DNA of 62,523 nt, counting the filler, from Dugesia japonica (taxonomy: Eukaryota): assembly GCA_001938525.1 (NCBI GenBank). It is 6 parts of 6 records of this genome, joined end to end, with 100 filler letters (N's around TTAATTAATTAA, not from the genome) between each part and the next. Parts side by side here need not be neighbours in the genome. Positions count along the whole stretch, not along the records: positions 1 to 11,718 come from MQRL01627151.1; 5 more parts are not named here. One strand, 5' to 3'. Below the pieces are notes generated by a model that did no database searches, was not told where the DNA came from, and worked only from the letters and a program-made list of their open reading frames with translations. The translations under genes and the position numbers were made by a program. Of this stretch, positions 1 to 11,818 are shown one piece after another (within the stretch, counting starts at the first letter, position 1; each line of letters opens with the position of its first letter).

Positions 1-1323
1 ATTATAAATACTTAATTTATTAAATATTTAAGATTTATTTAAAATTTTGTATATGTTGATTCTAAATTTTAATTCATTGAATAATATTTACTTTTGAAAA
101 TTTAATTAATTAATTAATTTCAAAGGTAAATATTAAGTTCATGAATAATAATATTAAATAAAAAAAATCTGGTTATAGAAAGTTATATTACTAATTCCAT
201 CCATTACACACGAACTTAAAATTACATCGACAAAAATAGAAACTAACGTGGACTGCAATCTCGATCTGGAGCAAGCACATAGGGAATCATTTCATTAATC
301 ACTTCTTCAATTATTTTCTGATAGATTCTTCTGAGTCGGAAACCGTTGTAGAAATCAGGTAACAAGAGGTTACCTTTAAGTAATAATTCTAGTTGAAGTT
401 GTTTCACGTCTGGTTTCAAAAGTTTTTGATCGATTTTGGATTCAGTTTTCGCTTTGGAAATTTTTATGAATGAATTCTGTCTGAAATTAAAACGGTATTT
501 ATACTATTTCTCTTTACACTCTTGTTCCTCTAATTGCTTACTTAACATCGTACGACTTTTCTATCGTTTCTATTGGCTTGAACGTCACATGAGTTCATTT
601 TATTGGTGGTTATTTTCGGATTCCAAAATTATTGGTCAATCTTCAAACCCTTGTATCTTCTTTCCGAGTCTTGCTAAAACTTTTTAACTTTAATTTCCGA
701 AATCTCCGATTCTTTCTTGACCATAATGGTCTTATTTGCTAATTTTTCCACCTTGGGAAGTCGTCGTTTTTGTCACATTTCACGAAATATTTAATTTTCT
801 TAAAAAATAAATCATTTTAATTCGTATGATTTATTTTATTTAAATAAATAAATNNNNNNNNNNNNNNNNNNNNNNNNNNNNNNNNNNNNNNNNNNNNNNN
901 NNNACATGTTCATTTCTTTGTTTTTCTGATCTAAATTTAATTTTGTCGTCTTTTCTTTCATTAATTTAATTAATTCCTTTAATTTATTTTCTTTTCCTCC
1001 CATCATTATTTCAATATGATTTTCTTAATTTTGGCTAACGAACTAATTGTTATTCATTATTTTCTTTATCTGGCTGATAGCNTCTATTACTTCTTTTCTT
1101 CCTTTTGGCTTTCTTATTTCGTAGTTGTTTCTTTAGATTTTTCTGGTTATTACGTTTGTTCTGACTACCAACCTTGGTTTTTCTTTTAATTATTTCTTTC
1201 CTTCAAGGAATTGTGACCTAACTTTGTTTAGATTCTTTGTTTCTTTATTTGGTGACTATCTTTTCACTTTCAGCTTTACATATCGCCATTTTTATTCTTC
1301 GTACTAGATGTTTCACCCAAACA
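1..1323 (-). mobile_element. Long LTR-like repeat (probable Gypsy-type LTR), truncated by the window start
   Basis: About 140-850 is the diverged reverse complement of ~31906-32690. On the minus strand it begins TGTTTGGG at 1323, next to an (AAT)n tract, and contains several CCAAT boxes followed by a TATAAATA box. Confidence 0.6.
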
Positions 1324-1328
1324 ATAAT

Positions 1329-1368
<40 letters not shown>

Positions 1369-1492
1369 NNNNNNNNNNNNNNNNNNNNNNNNNNNNNNNN
1401 NNNNNNNNNNNNNNNNNNNNNNNNNNNNNNNNNNNNNNNNNNNNNNNNNNNNNNNNNNNNNNNNNNNNNNNNNNNNNNNNNNNNNNNNNNNN

Positions 1493-1548
<56 letters not shown>
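1324..1548. repeat. (AAT)n microsatellite spanning a gap
   Basis: AAT tracts on both sides of an N run; similar tracts at ~31766-31805, ~55006-55023, ~56626-56684 and ~58009-58190. Confidence 0.95.
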
Positions 1549-1734
1549 TATAATTATAGTATTAATTCCAATCTTTTTCAACTACATATATTTCTTGTTT
1601 TTATTACTGTTATATATTGTTTACTTATCATTCAAATAGTCTTATTGTACAATTTATTCCTATGGTTTTTTATGAAATTTTAATACTTTATTAGATAAAA
1701 GTTTTAATGTTTATCTCATTATCTCACTCTTTGA

Positions 1735-2270
1735 ACCCATTTTACCCTACGTATCATATTTTAATATATTTTACCTTATTAACAATATATTACACAAATT
1801 TTACCCTATTTACCCATATTTTATCCTTTTTATCATATATTCATCATTAACCCCTACTTACCTCTATTTTACCCCTATTTAATCCTAATTTTACCTATAT
1901 TTACCCCTGTTTTATCCTATTTACCCTATTTTATCCTGTTTACCATATATTCATAATTTTAACCCCCATTAACCCCTATTTTACACAATTTTGACCAGTT
2001 TTAATCTATCTTTTACCCGTATTTTTCAAACTTTTGCCCAATTTACTCTATTTTACCCTATTTTCCATAACATTCTATATTTTACCCTATTTTTTCCGAT
2101 TTAGCCTGATTTTACCCGATATTTCCAGTCTGCTCAATTTCCCCATATTTTGTCGGATTTTCCTATATTTTCTTTATATTTATTTCTCGCCATTTCCCGC
2201 GATGTATCACTATTTAGCTATTTTTATCTATATCTACCCTATTTAGCTATATTTTCTCTATTTTCTATTG
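1735..2270. repeat. Degenerate ~9-10 nt minisatellite (TTTTACCCTA-like)
   Basis: Many imperfect copies of tttaccctat, tttacccata and ttttatccta, with a strongly C-rich plus strand. Confidence 0.8.
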
Positions 2271-2499
2271 TGTCTTAATGTACATTTTTACTTCATATTT
2301 TCATAGATTTCACTTCAATAATCTCTAAAATGTGTCATATATTAATAAAGGAAGACAATAAGACTGAGTGAGAGCTAGTATGATATGCATTTTACATAAA
2401 ATTATAAAACTATTTCAGTTTGTTTTAATAGTAATAGATAAAAATAATTTGAAATCGCACAGTAGTCGATAAAAATTATCTGTAAAATGTAAAAAAGAA

Positions 2500-3254
2500 T
2501 AATAAAATACATATTTTTCATTAAAAACGATGTTTTAAAGAAAACTATATGGTGTAAATATAAATATTTTAAATATTCTTTCAGTACAATACGTTTTAGT
2601 AGGTAGATAGTGAAGCACTAGAACAGCTGACCGGTATGCTATCACCACGATGGTCAGCTACATTTAACTAGCTAACCAACCTGTACCTACTAACCCCATT
2701 TTACCTGGTTTACTCATTTTATTTTGCTAAGGTTTGTCTAATTGATATGAGCAATGTTCGAATTGCAATGCGACGACGCATATTTCGAACATGATTAAAA
2801 ATCAGTCTTACATAACTGTGACGTATAATAATTCAATACTAATCAAAACCCTTTAACCTTAATTTTACCATGTCAGATTAGAAGTGATTCTGTGAGGCTC
2901 AAAGTTCCACCGTGATTACATTAAATTAATATTCCTCACACAATATTTAGATCCGAATTCAAAAGCTGTTAATAATATTAGCTTTATAGAGTTTATGAGG
3001 GGGATTTAATTTGATAAATAATATGATAAATAATATAACAAATAAACAGATTATACGTGTTTTTTTTATCTAAATGTGAATTAATTAGAATTCTAGGAAT
3101 GAGCTAAAACCTCTGATCGGCTAACTCTCAAAAGTCTGATTTAGCATATAATAAATTCAAAAAAAGGATTGTGTATATTTCATTGCGATCGGTAAACTAT
3201 CTAGCTTCCTGATTTTAATTCTGATTTTTATAAAGTCTGAATTGATTTTATAAA
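2500..3254 (+). repeat. Dispersed repeat copy A (MITE-like core)
   Basis: Colinear with 5760-6473. Shared blocks include cattaaaaacg.tgttttaaag, ccaacctgtacc, ctgtgagg.tcaaa, gctaactctcaaaagt and gcgatcggtaaactatctagcttcct. Confidence 0.8.
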
Positions 3255-3629
3255 TATTAATCAGACACGTTTGTACTCTGATTCAATATATTTTATGAGT
3301 ACCAAACAAAAAATGTTTTTTGTGAGTTTTATTATTTTGAACGCTGTTATACTATTTTTGACTGTTGGTCTAATATTTTTTACTACTGTCTTGATATTCA
3401 TCTAACGTTATTTTAGTCTGTCCGGGAACAAGAAGATCACCTCCCTTTTCTTAGTAATTCTTGAGTATAATCTCAATTTTAATCTCATAATTCTTCACAG
3501 AAAATCCTTACTTTGAATCTCATTTTAAATAACCAGTTTACTATCAGCTATTCCTAGTTTAATTCTCATTTTTAATCACATCATCTTTCAAAGTATTTCT
3601 TCAATCAATAATCTATTTAAATCTTTTTG

Positions 3630-4140
3630 TGAAAGCGCTTTTGAGTCTAAATCAATGAAAAATTTTGCAGATGAACATGGCATTACTCTCAGGTTTTTGA
3701 GTCCATGTCATCATAACACAAATGGACAAATCGAGAGACAGTTTCGAACTATGCGGGATATGATTAATGCAACGCTTAAAGAAAGGAAAACGTCAGATTG
3801 AGCAGATGTGTTGCCAGAGATAGAATCTACCTTAAATACAACAAAACAGAAAACTATTGGGAAAAGCCCTGCTGAAATCGTATTTGGGAAGAGAATATGC
3901 AGAGAAAAATGGTATGACACCAGTGCCCAAACAGTGCACAGAGAAGAAGAAGAAGAAATATTAACCAAAAGACAATTCGAGATCGATGATGAGGTCTTAG
4001 TGAAAGCTGAAACAAGAACCAAGATCGTTATGAAGGACCCTATAAGATCAAGAAAAAGATTCATGACAGATGTTATATCCTTGAAGATACAAACGGAAAA
4101 AGTCTCGAAAGAAACGTAGAGAAGATAAAAAAAATTCTTA
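3630..4140 (+). mobile_element. Gypsy/Ty3 integrase C-terminal remnant (pseudogene)
   Basis: Translates to AFESKSMKNFADEHGITL..HHNTNGQIERQFRTMRDMINA and GKSPAEIVFG, with a stop and a frameshift; paralogous to ~12770-13280. Confidence 0.9.
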
Positions 4141-4523
4141 AAAAGGGGGATGTGAGCAGTTTTGAAAATCAAGTTGAAATTTTTGTGTGATTGGTGATCT
4201 TATTTTTCAAAATTTTCTGTCAAAAAGAGAGATTAAATTATTGATGACAAATTTAAATAAACAAATATTAGTTTAAGGACAAATTAAAATTATTGAATAA
4301 TAAAGATTAATTTTTTAATAAACAATATTTTTAAAAATAAGCTGAGATTTAATAAATAAAGTTTTAATTTTTAAATTTTAGAAAAGAAGATCACCAATTA
4401 AAACANNNNNNNNNNNNNNNNNNNNNNNNNNNNNNNNNNNNNNNNNAGTTTTGATTTTAAAAAAGTATTGTTATGAATTGGGATTTCGATATTGATAATA
4501 CGAGTTTTCCAAACCCAACTACA
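4141..4523 (+). mobile_element. Polypurine tract plus 3' LTR (~370 bp, TG...CA)
   Basis: AAAAGGGGGA (4141-4150) is followed directly by TGTGAGCAG. The LTR ends ...AACTACA at 4523, and both ends match the related LTR at 13292-13634. Confidence 0.85.
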
Positions 4524-5759
4524 CGTATGTAATACCATTTAAACCATTGTAAATGATCATAAAATTTGGTTTAAGTGCCGAAACACAATAACCCTGTTAT
4601 GTGAGAAAAAAATTATTATTTCAAGAATCAGTTTTTATTAATTGAGTGATTATATTTGAGATATTATAGAAGATTAGAAACCTCAGACGGACCTTTACCT
4701 GAGCTTGGAGCAGATTTAAATGAAAGTTAGAATAAATTTTGTGATTAAACGAGCTTAAGTGTTGGAATCCCCAATAATTTTGTAAAAATTCATACACACA
4801 CCCATACATATGAAAAATTCAAAGATACATTTTTTTGATCAAATCAACCTTCCTCTTTCTTATAAAAATAATTCCAACTCGAAAAAAAATATTTTCGTAA
4901 AAATTTACTACTTACTAACCTTTACACTTAAACCACAAAAAAATAAACCAATAATCCACCAACTCAACCCAAAACCTTTAGGATTATCTTCGTGAACATT
5001 CGATCTTTCCAACAACATCAAATTCAACTAAATCTATCAAAAACTTAACACCAGACCGATTTAGAGAAATAGTGCACGATAAATCATTGCTTGTGATAGT
5101 GGGCTCACATCTTTTACGGTAACTTACACTATCTTTACACTATTAGTTTTTAGGCAATGTATAGGTAGAATTTGGGTCTCACTACCACCATGCAATTTCT
5201 TTTTACACTATATCTTTCCACAACATACACGCGCAATACCATCCATAACCAATACCTCAATACATTTTAAAAAATAAAACAAAAATTCCGAATTAATTAA
5301 AACAAAAAAGAATAAAACTTTTTAATCCAATCAAAAATTCAAAATCCACGATAGCACATATCAAACATCAAACACAGTGTTATGTTTTATTGCTATGGAG
5401 AGCCTGTGCTAGTGCGCTCATATCTACCTATTTCTGTATACTCCTTGAAAATGTGGCNNNNNNNNNNNNNNNNNNNNNNNNNNNNNNNNNNNNNNNATAA
5501 AACATTCAAAAAGAATTTAATGAATAAAAATATGAAGATGATAGGGAACCATCGAAGCATTAAAATTTTATAAAAATAAAAATTTAAATTGATCAAAATA
5601 TATTTAATCAAGTATCACATTGATAGTCTAAATATAATTCCTTTCTGAGATTTCCTTGAAATTCGGGAATCTGCACTGAAATTCCATTATTATATATATT
5701 AGAACCATTGACAATCAGAGTGATTTGATGCCACGAAGCACTAGAATAAATGTAAAAAA

Positions 5760-6473
5760 CAATAGTAAAATATATTTATTCATTAAAAACGGTGTTTTAA
5801 AGAAACCTATATGATGTAAATATAAATATTTTAAATATTCTTTCAATGAAATACGTAAGTAGATANTGCAGCACTGGAACAGCAATCGGTAAGCCCTCCC
5901 CACGGTGGTAAGCCACATTTGACTAGCCGACCAACCTGTACCCACTAACCTTATTTTTATCTGACCATCTCACTTGTTCCAACTTAGTTTATTTTACCTG
6001 GCGACCACAGCTTTGTGGTTCTGTGAGGTTCAAATTTCCCGGTGATTACATTAAATTAAAAATCCTCAGACAATTATTTAAATCCGACTCCAAAAGCTCT
6101 TAATTTACGAGCGTGTTAGTAGTATTAGCTTTATAGAGTTTGTGATAGGCATTTAATTTGATAAATAATAATAAATAATAATGTGGTATATATAAATATT
6201 AAAATAAAATACAAACTCTGAACAAAAATGAAAGTTTATACAACTTAAATATTACAAATTGAATTTTAACAAATAGAGGTTATACGTGTTGCTTAATCTC
6301 ATTATGAAGTAATCAGAATTCAAGCAATGAGCAAGAAACCTCCGATAGGCTAACTCTCAAAAGTTTGATATAGTCTCTAATAAAATAAAAAAAGATTTGT
6401 ATTGCGATCGGTAAACTATCTAGCTTCCTAATTTTAATTATGATTTTTATAAAGTTTAAATTAATTTTATAAA
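5760..6473 (+). repeat. Dispersed repeat copy B
   Basis: Direct, diverged copy of 2500-3254. Confidence 0.8.
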
Positions 6474-6894
6474 GAGGAACTACATAGAAAACTGCGCAAA
6501 GATAAACAAAGGCTGTCTTTCAAGCTGGAAAATCCTCCCCAAGACTTTAAATCTTGGTTTGGCCAGCGGATCGCTGTAAAAAATAACAAAAAAGGAAGAC
6601 ACTAAGAAGAAATGGTGCGAAGAACAAACCCTAAACGGGGACCCCTATGAATTTAATTATCCACAATGGACTTACTGTCGTTGACATCATTTATAACAGA
6701 TAAATCAAATTCAGAGCAATTAGCTTGTCCATTGTGAAATCGCCAGTTCTTTGTAGACCATGCAATGCAGATTCTTATGCTGGCAAGTGCAAACTTCCTT
6801 ATAACATTGACCAACGTATTTCAGGATAGACTCATTTTCAACACAGTGGGTTAAAACTATTATATCGACTTTGTTCTTCAAGGAGACAGCTGAA

Positions 6895-7450
6895 AAGAAA
6901 TTGTGCTCAGAGCACCCCTCAGATTCTCCCACACTCTTTTGAAGATTGTGAACCAGGTGAGAATTTTGAGCCCAATTCGAAAGTTGAGAGGCAAGAAAAG
7001 CCATGAAAAACTTGTAAAGACAAACCAGCAGAGCAATCGGTCACCAAGAAGAGACAAGGTGATAAGACTCAGAAATGCCAGGCTTTGGAATCATAAAGGT
7101 TTTTTAAACTCGCCAACTCTCAGGAGTGATTCCACTTCAAAGTATGTTGGAAAAGATTTTTTCGTATCAATAGACAATTCGGATCCGCCTATTTGAGATC
7201 CTGGTAAGTAATTTTGTTGATACCAGGAGCAGAAACAGACAAATTAAGGATAATGTGTCTTATGGTAGCTGCATCAGGACAAACAAACTCAAAGGTTTCA
7301 TCACTGAACTCGATAAGGGGGCATAGTTTCTAATCAGTGAATCGACCATCTACAGATTTGGAATGAAAGTAAGATTCAGGATTAGCCTGAGAAGGAAAAC
7401 AATCAACAGTAACCTCGTTGGTTATCAGCTTGAAAACTGCCTTTTGTGAG
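6895..7450 (-). pseudogene. Non-LTR reverse transcriptase, domains 0-2 only
   Basis: SAPG at 7222-7233, then IPKPG, W*PI and LYK, and EGCSEH at 6903-6920. It has several stops and a frameshift, and I see no YADD motif downstream. Confidence 0.85.
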
Positions 7451-7763
7451 AATTTGAATCAATCTCTTAGATTCAGATCTATCTCAACGCGTTTGTTGTT
7501 TTTTCCCTCGCCATCGATTTTAAAATTAATATTTTTAGATTTAATATTGCAGACAGAGTGAACAAAGCTGTAGAAAGAATCCACAGAAGTGTCACTACTG
7601 TCTATTGATTTTAATAAAATATTAAATTTAAGTTCTTTTTCTGTTTCCGAGATTTTATTAGACTGAGTGCATTCTTATTTTTTTAAAATTTAGTTTAATT
7701 TTAGAAAAATTATTAAATTTAGATTTAATTAGACCAGCATCTACTCTTCGCAAAAGATTGAAG

Positions 7764-8200
7764 TTAGAGAGAGTGAATGTAACCACAAACTAGGAAGCTA
7801 CTTACCCCATTGTTTTTCTGTAAGGTGGGAATGTTAAAAAGTAATTGTATTAGGCAGATGTCTTTATTAGGGCAGAATTCAGACATGCAATTATGTAGCC
7901 TAATAATGTCAGCTTCTAAAACAACATCACATTTAAGAACACCAAAGTCAAGAAGAAAAGAAATCTTTTTAACGACGTTAAAAACAAAAAGGACCCATCT
8001 CTTACCNNNNNNNNNNNNNNNNNNNNNNATAATCTCACGATTCTTTAAAAAATTATAGGACACTATTTCTGAAATATAGTTGTTATCCTCATCAATACAA
8101 GCCAAAGAAAATATCGGATCCACAATAAGATGATTATTATTAGAAATCAGACCACTAGCAAAGTCAACAAGTTTGTTGATACCAGTGATTTGCGTAACAG
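7764..8200 (-). pseudogene. Ulp1-like domain 2, catalytic residues absent
   Basis: RWVLFVFNVVKKISFLLD aligns to HWILFVFDRNAGRAFNID of domain 1, and QKNNGVSS aligns to QQNIYDCG. His is replaced by Arg and Cys by Ser. Confidence 0.65.
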
Positions 8201-8339
8201 TGATAAGAGAGTTAAGACATGAAGAAACCGGTTGGCCTTCACCAAATTCATAAGGTTTCTTAGATATAATTCCAAGCTCCTAAACAAATTCCTTAACTTT
8301 CCGAATCTCCAAATTAAATAGAGGATCCAAATTGGAAAC

Positions 8340-8770
8340 TTTAAGAGCATGGCTCTTAAAAGGGCCACAATCATAAATATTCTGCTGGGTTTCTCTTTTG
8401 ATTATCACCTCATCAGAGAGCACAACAGTTTCATCAATGAATGCATTAAGCTACCTAGTCATATGCATTCCATACTCAGCAGCCATATCTGGCATAAATG
8501 CTACTTTAAGTGGATCAATATTGAAGGCCCTACCAGCATTTCTATCAAAAACAAAGAGAATCCAGTGCTGGTTCAATAGATTCATTGCGGAGTCAATTGT
8601 GCTGGATTTTGAAAAATCGCATTCCAGCGAGAGAAAAGTGCCACTCTTAGCCAACACAATCTGGGTGATACAACGATCAATAAAAAATAACTCTGGATCA
8701 CAAAAGTGGACATTTATGAAGATGTTGATTTGCACATCACTAAACCAACTCTTGCTAAGATTGAGAACAT
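8340..8770 (-). pseudogene. Ulp1/SENP-like (C48) cysteine protease domain 1 of the non-LTR element
   Basis: His at 8565-8567 (HW), Asp (FD / IDPL) and QQNIYDCG with Cys at 8367-8369; an in-frame TAG at 8451-8453 interrupts the domain. Confidence 0.85.
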
Positions 8771-10571
8771 AAATTGGGTTTTCCACAATTGCTAATGGTG
8801 AACCAATAGTGGCTGCAACTGTGGACAATAGCCGCCAGGTAGGCGCTTCCTTACTCTGAGAATAAAATATTTTATTAGGACTTTTAACAGCATCAGAGAA
8901 GTTAACATTCTCTCTACAAACAGCAGAGGGCAAAGTATTTTGGAGCTTACAAACAGAAATAGGCTTTAGAGAATCAGTCTCTACAACAGAGTTTCTCCTA
9001 CGTTTGTGTCTAAAAAGGTAAGAGTTGCGTTTAATCGGACTTTTAATCGGAAGTTTTCTAGCTGCGTTGGGTATAACAGGCGCAGATATATCAACAAAAT
9101 GTTTATCAGACAAGGTAGGAGAGAGAGGATAAGAATTCTCAACAACAAAGTCCCGAGGCAAGTCAAAATCTATCATTTGAGCTATTCTGTGATTCAGAAA
9201 TCGATAGGTCAACAAATGCCTCATCATGAGCTAAATTAGAAGCTTTTGAAGCAATAGATGTTTCTGATTTGTCAATTATTTTATGTTCAAAATTAAAATT
9301 AATTTGTGGAATATGACAATCAGAGTTATTCCCCGTGCTTCCAACAGAATACCCCTCGTTAGATTTGGTTTTTATCAATAACAAGTTTTTGTAAAAGCTA
9401 CAAAAAGGATTACTGGAATTACAATCAAGTAAAACTGATTTTTGTGTATTTGTAACACTATCATTATTTGGAGATTTTTGTTGAGAATTATCAGAGTCTT
9501 GCTTCTTATCAATTAAGTTATTAGCCAAATTTTTAATAATAGAATTATTGTCGAAAGTTTTAAAATTATCAAGAATAATTTTAGATTTCGGGTTATTTCC
9601 ATTATTAGTTTTAGCTTCAATATTATTGTTATTGATATTAACTTTGTTATTATCAAAGCCATTATTCTTATTCTTATTATTAAAATTAGAACCAATAGAG
9701 TTAAAATCCCATTTAGCAATTTCATTAATAGAATTTAAATTTTTAATATTATCAGTGGAATTTTTAACTATATTTAATTTGTCAAAATCATTTGAAATAA
9801 TTTTAAGTTTCAGTAATTTCCTATTATTATTATTCCTAATATTATTATTAATAAAATTTGAATTATTAGGATTAGGGTTAATATTAGTAATTTAATTAAC
9901 AGTAGAATTAAATGATTTTTTCACATTTTTTGAATTATTAATGTTGGCCTTTTTTTAGACACATTATTCTTTGTTTGAATAATATCAAAAGCGCTATTAT
10001 TTTGAATATTAATTAATTCTGAATTAATTTTTGAATGACCTTTTAACTGCTTACTCTTATTAAACTAAGCAGTACCATGGCCATAAAATAACTCATTACC
10101 ATATTTCAATTTTGANNNNNNNNNNNNNNNNNNNNNNNNNNNNNNNNNNNNNNNNNNNNNNNNNNNNNNNNNNNNNNNNNNNNNNNNNNNNNNNNNNNNN
10201 NNNNNNNNNNNNNNNNNNNNNNNNNNNNNNNNNNNNNNNNNNNNNNNAATCCACTAGTTAAATTCCAATAATAATCAATTCTAAATATTTCAAGAGGCTA
10301 GATACATATTAAATAATAAATAAGATCAATAGTGGTATGAAATTGTTTAAATTGATTTTATGCTCAATCTGAAAAATTTCAATTCTAATTATAAATTTTA
10401 GAGAATTATAAAGCTGGTACAGTTAAATATAAATAATTATTAAACATTAATTAAAATTACTAAAAATAAACTAATTAAAAATAGCAATTTCATATACAAA
10501 TATCAATTAAAAATTTTAANNNNNNNNNNNNNNNNNNNNNNNNNNNNNNNNNNNNNNNNNNNNNNNNNNNN

Positions 10572-11625
10572 CCCTGCTACAATCAATAAACAAAGTAATT
10601 TAATTTGAAAATTAATCAAAATCATGGACCTGAAAAACATGAATTGCAGCTGATGAACCTAAGAAATGAGCTCAAAACGAAGGCAGAGAAAAGTTCAAAA
10701 ATCGACATAAAAATATTTGATGAGGTTGGTCGGTCTGCTACTCGTGATTTTTTAATTGTCATGATAACCATTGCCATAGATACGGATACCTCAGATACAA
10801 ATAACGTAATAAGTTTCCGCGCACCATTTCCCTTAGTTACTGCGCGAAATGAAAAATCCACTTTCGCGCCCTTTCCATGACAACGATCACGGTTCATATA
10901 CAGCTGCCATGACAACGCTTTCAATTTTTAAGTTGTGTATAGTTCAAATGATTACATTATCTTAATTAATTTTGGTTCTTTTTTCATGATTATTTGTTTT
11001 GTTTTGTTAATTTTTTAATGATACAATAACTAAGTGGCTTTATTAATGAAATAAATTGGCGGAAACATTTCCACCAACTTTGTGTTTGTGAAATTTTCTC
11101 AAATTTCTTATCCCCAAGTAGCCAGAAGAATGGCTTATTCGAAAGCATCAACATACCCTCTCATACCTAATTCACTTAATGAATTCATTGATTTGTTAGC
11201 AAGAAATGAAATTCTCAATATTCATTTTCAAAAATTAGTAGTGATTGGTGATGATATAATTAGTGATATAATCTTGTTTTTTCCCCAAGATATGCTCAAT
11301 GAAATAACAAATGTTGAATCTGTTGGTTACGATGGAACTTTTTTATAGTTCCAAAGATTTTTATGCAGCTATTTGTTATTTGCGTTTTAATTGGTGCTCG
11401 CTTTGTCCCAACATTTTTTACATTAATGACTAATAGACAGAAACGTTGCTATAAAGCTGTTTTTGAAAAGATGTTGGAAATCGTCCCTCAATTTTCGCCT
11501 GCTCTTGCAGTTGGTGATTTTGAAAGAGCATCAGAAGCTGCATGGAGAGAGACTTTTCTAAATATCACAATAAGAGGGTGCTTGTATCATTTTAAACAAT
11601 CCGTAAACTATATATACTCATTAAA
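10572..11625 (+). mobile_element. MULE (Mutator-like) transposase remnant with a ~350-bp internal insertion
   Basis: NHGPE..., YDGTF, MQLF, FVPTFFTLMTNRQKRCY, GDFERA and IRGCLYHFKQ (CxxH) motifs. Coding is interrupted at ~10740-11095. Confidence 0.85.
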
Positions 11626-11762
11626 CACAATACATAAATTAAAATTGTTGGGTTGATAGGCTTTTGATGTTGTTTTAATCTTTCGTTATTTCTGAATATG
11701 TCTTTCTGTCTGGGGGATNNNNNNNNNNNNNNNNNNNNNNNNNNNNNNNNNNNNNNNNNNNN

Positions 11763-11774
11763 TTAATTAATTAA
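11763..11774. other. Artificial scaffold linker TTAATTAATTAA in a 100-nt spacer (also 20023-20034, 31850-31861, 44082-44093, 53020-53031)
   Basis: Identical palindromic 12-mer with stops in all six frames, each time flanked by 44 N on both sides. Confidence 0.95.
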
Positions 11775-11818
11775 NNNNNNNNNNNNNNNNNNNNNNNNNN
11801 NNNNNNNNNNNNNNNNNN

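Larger units (their letters stand above)
6474..10114 (-). mobile_element. Decayed R5/NeSL-type non-LTR retrotransposon: Asn-rich N-terminus, two Ulp1-like domains, N-terminal part of RT
   Basis: Minus-strand translation across stops and frameshifts gives WFSDVQIN..NQHWILFVFD..IDPL..QQNIYDCGPF (C48 protease), then a second copy GKRWVLFVFN..LLD..QKNNGVSS, then the RT motifs SAPGINKITYQDLK, PESW..T.MIPKPG, W*PIALLVCLYK and QKSVGESEGCSEHNF. Confidence 0.85.

Noticed and set aside
1237-1683. Poly-I/N/Y/L ORFs here and at 56465-56750, plus X-rich ORFs at 24427, 28726, 48074 and others
   Set aside because: Translations of (AAT)n tracts and N gaps.
6474-10114. Target-site sequence (28S rDNA or spliced-leader gene) expected around an R5/NeSL element
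   Set aside because: No rDNA or SL-like sequence is recognisable. The 3' end is truncated by another repeat and the 5' end runs into a gap.
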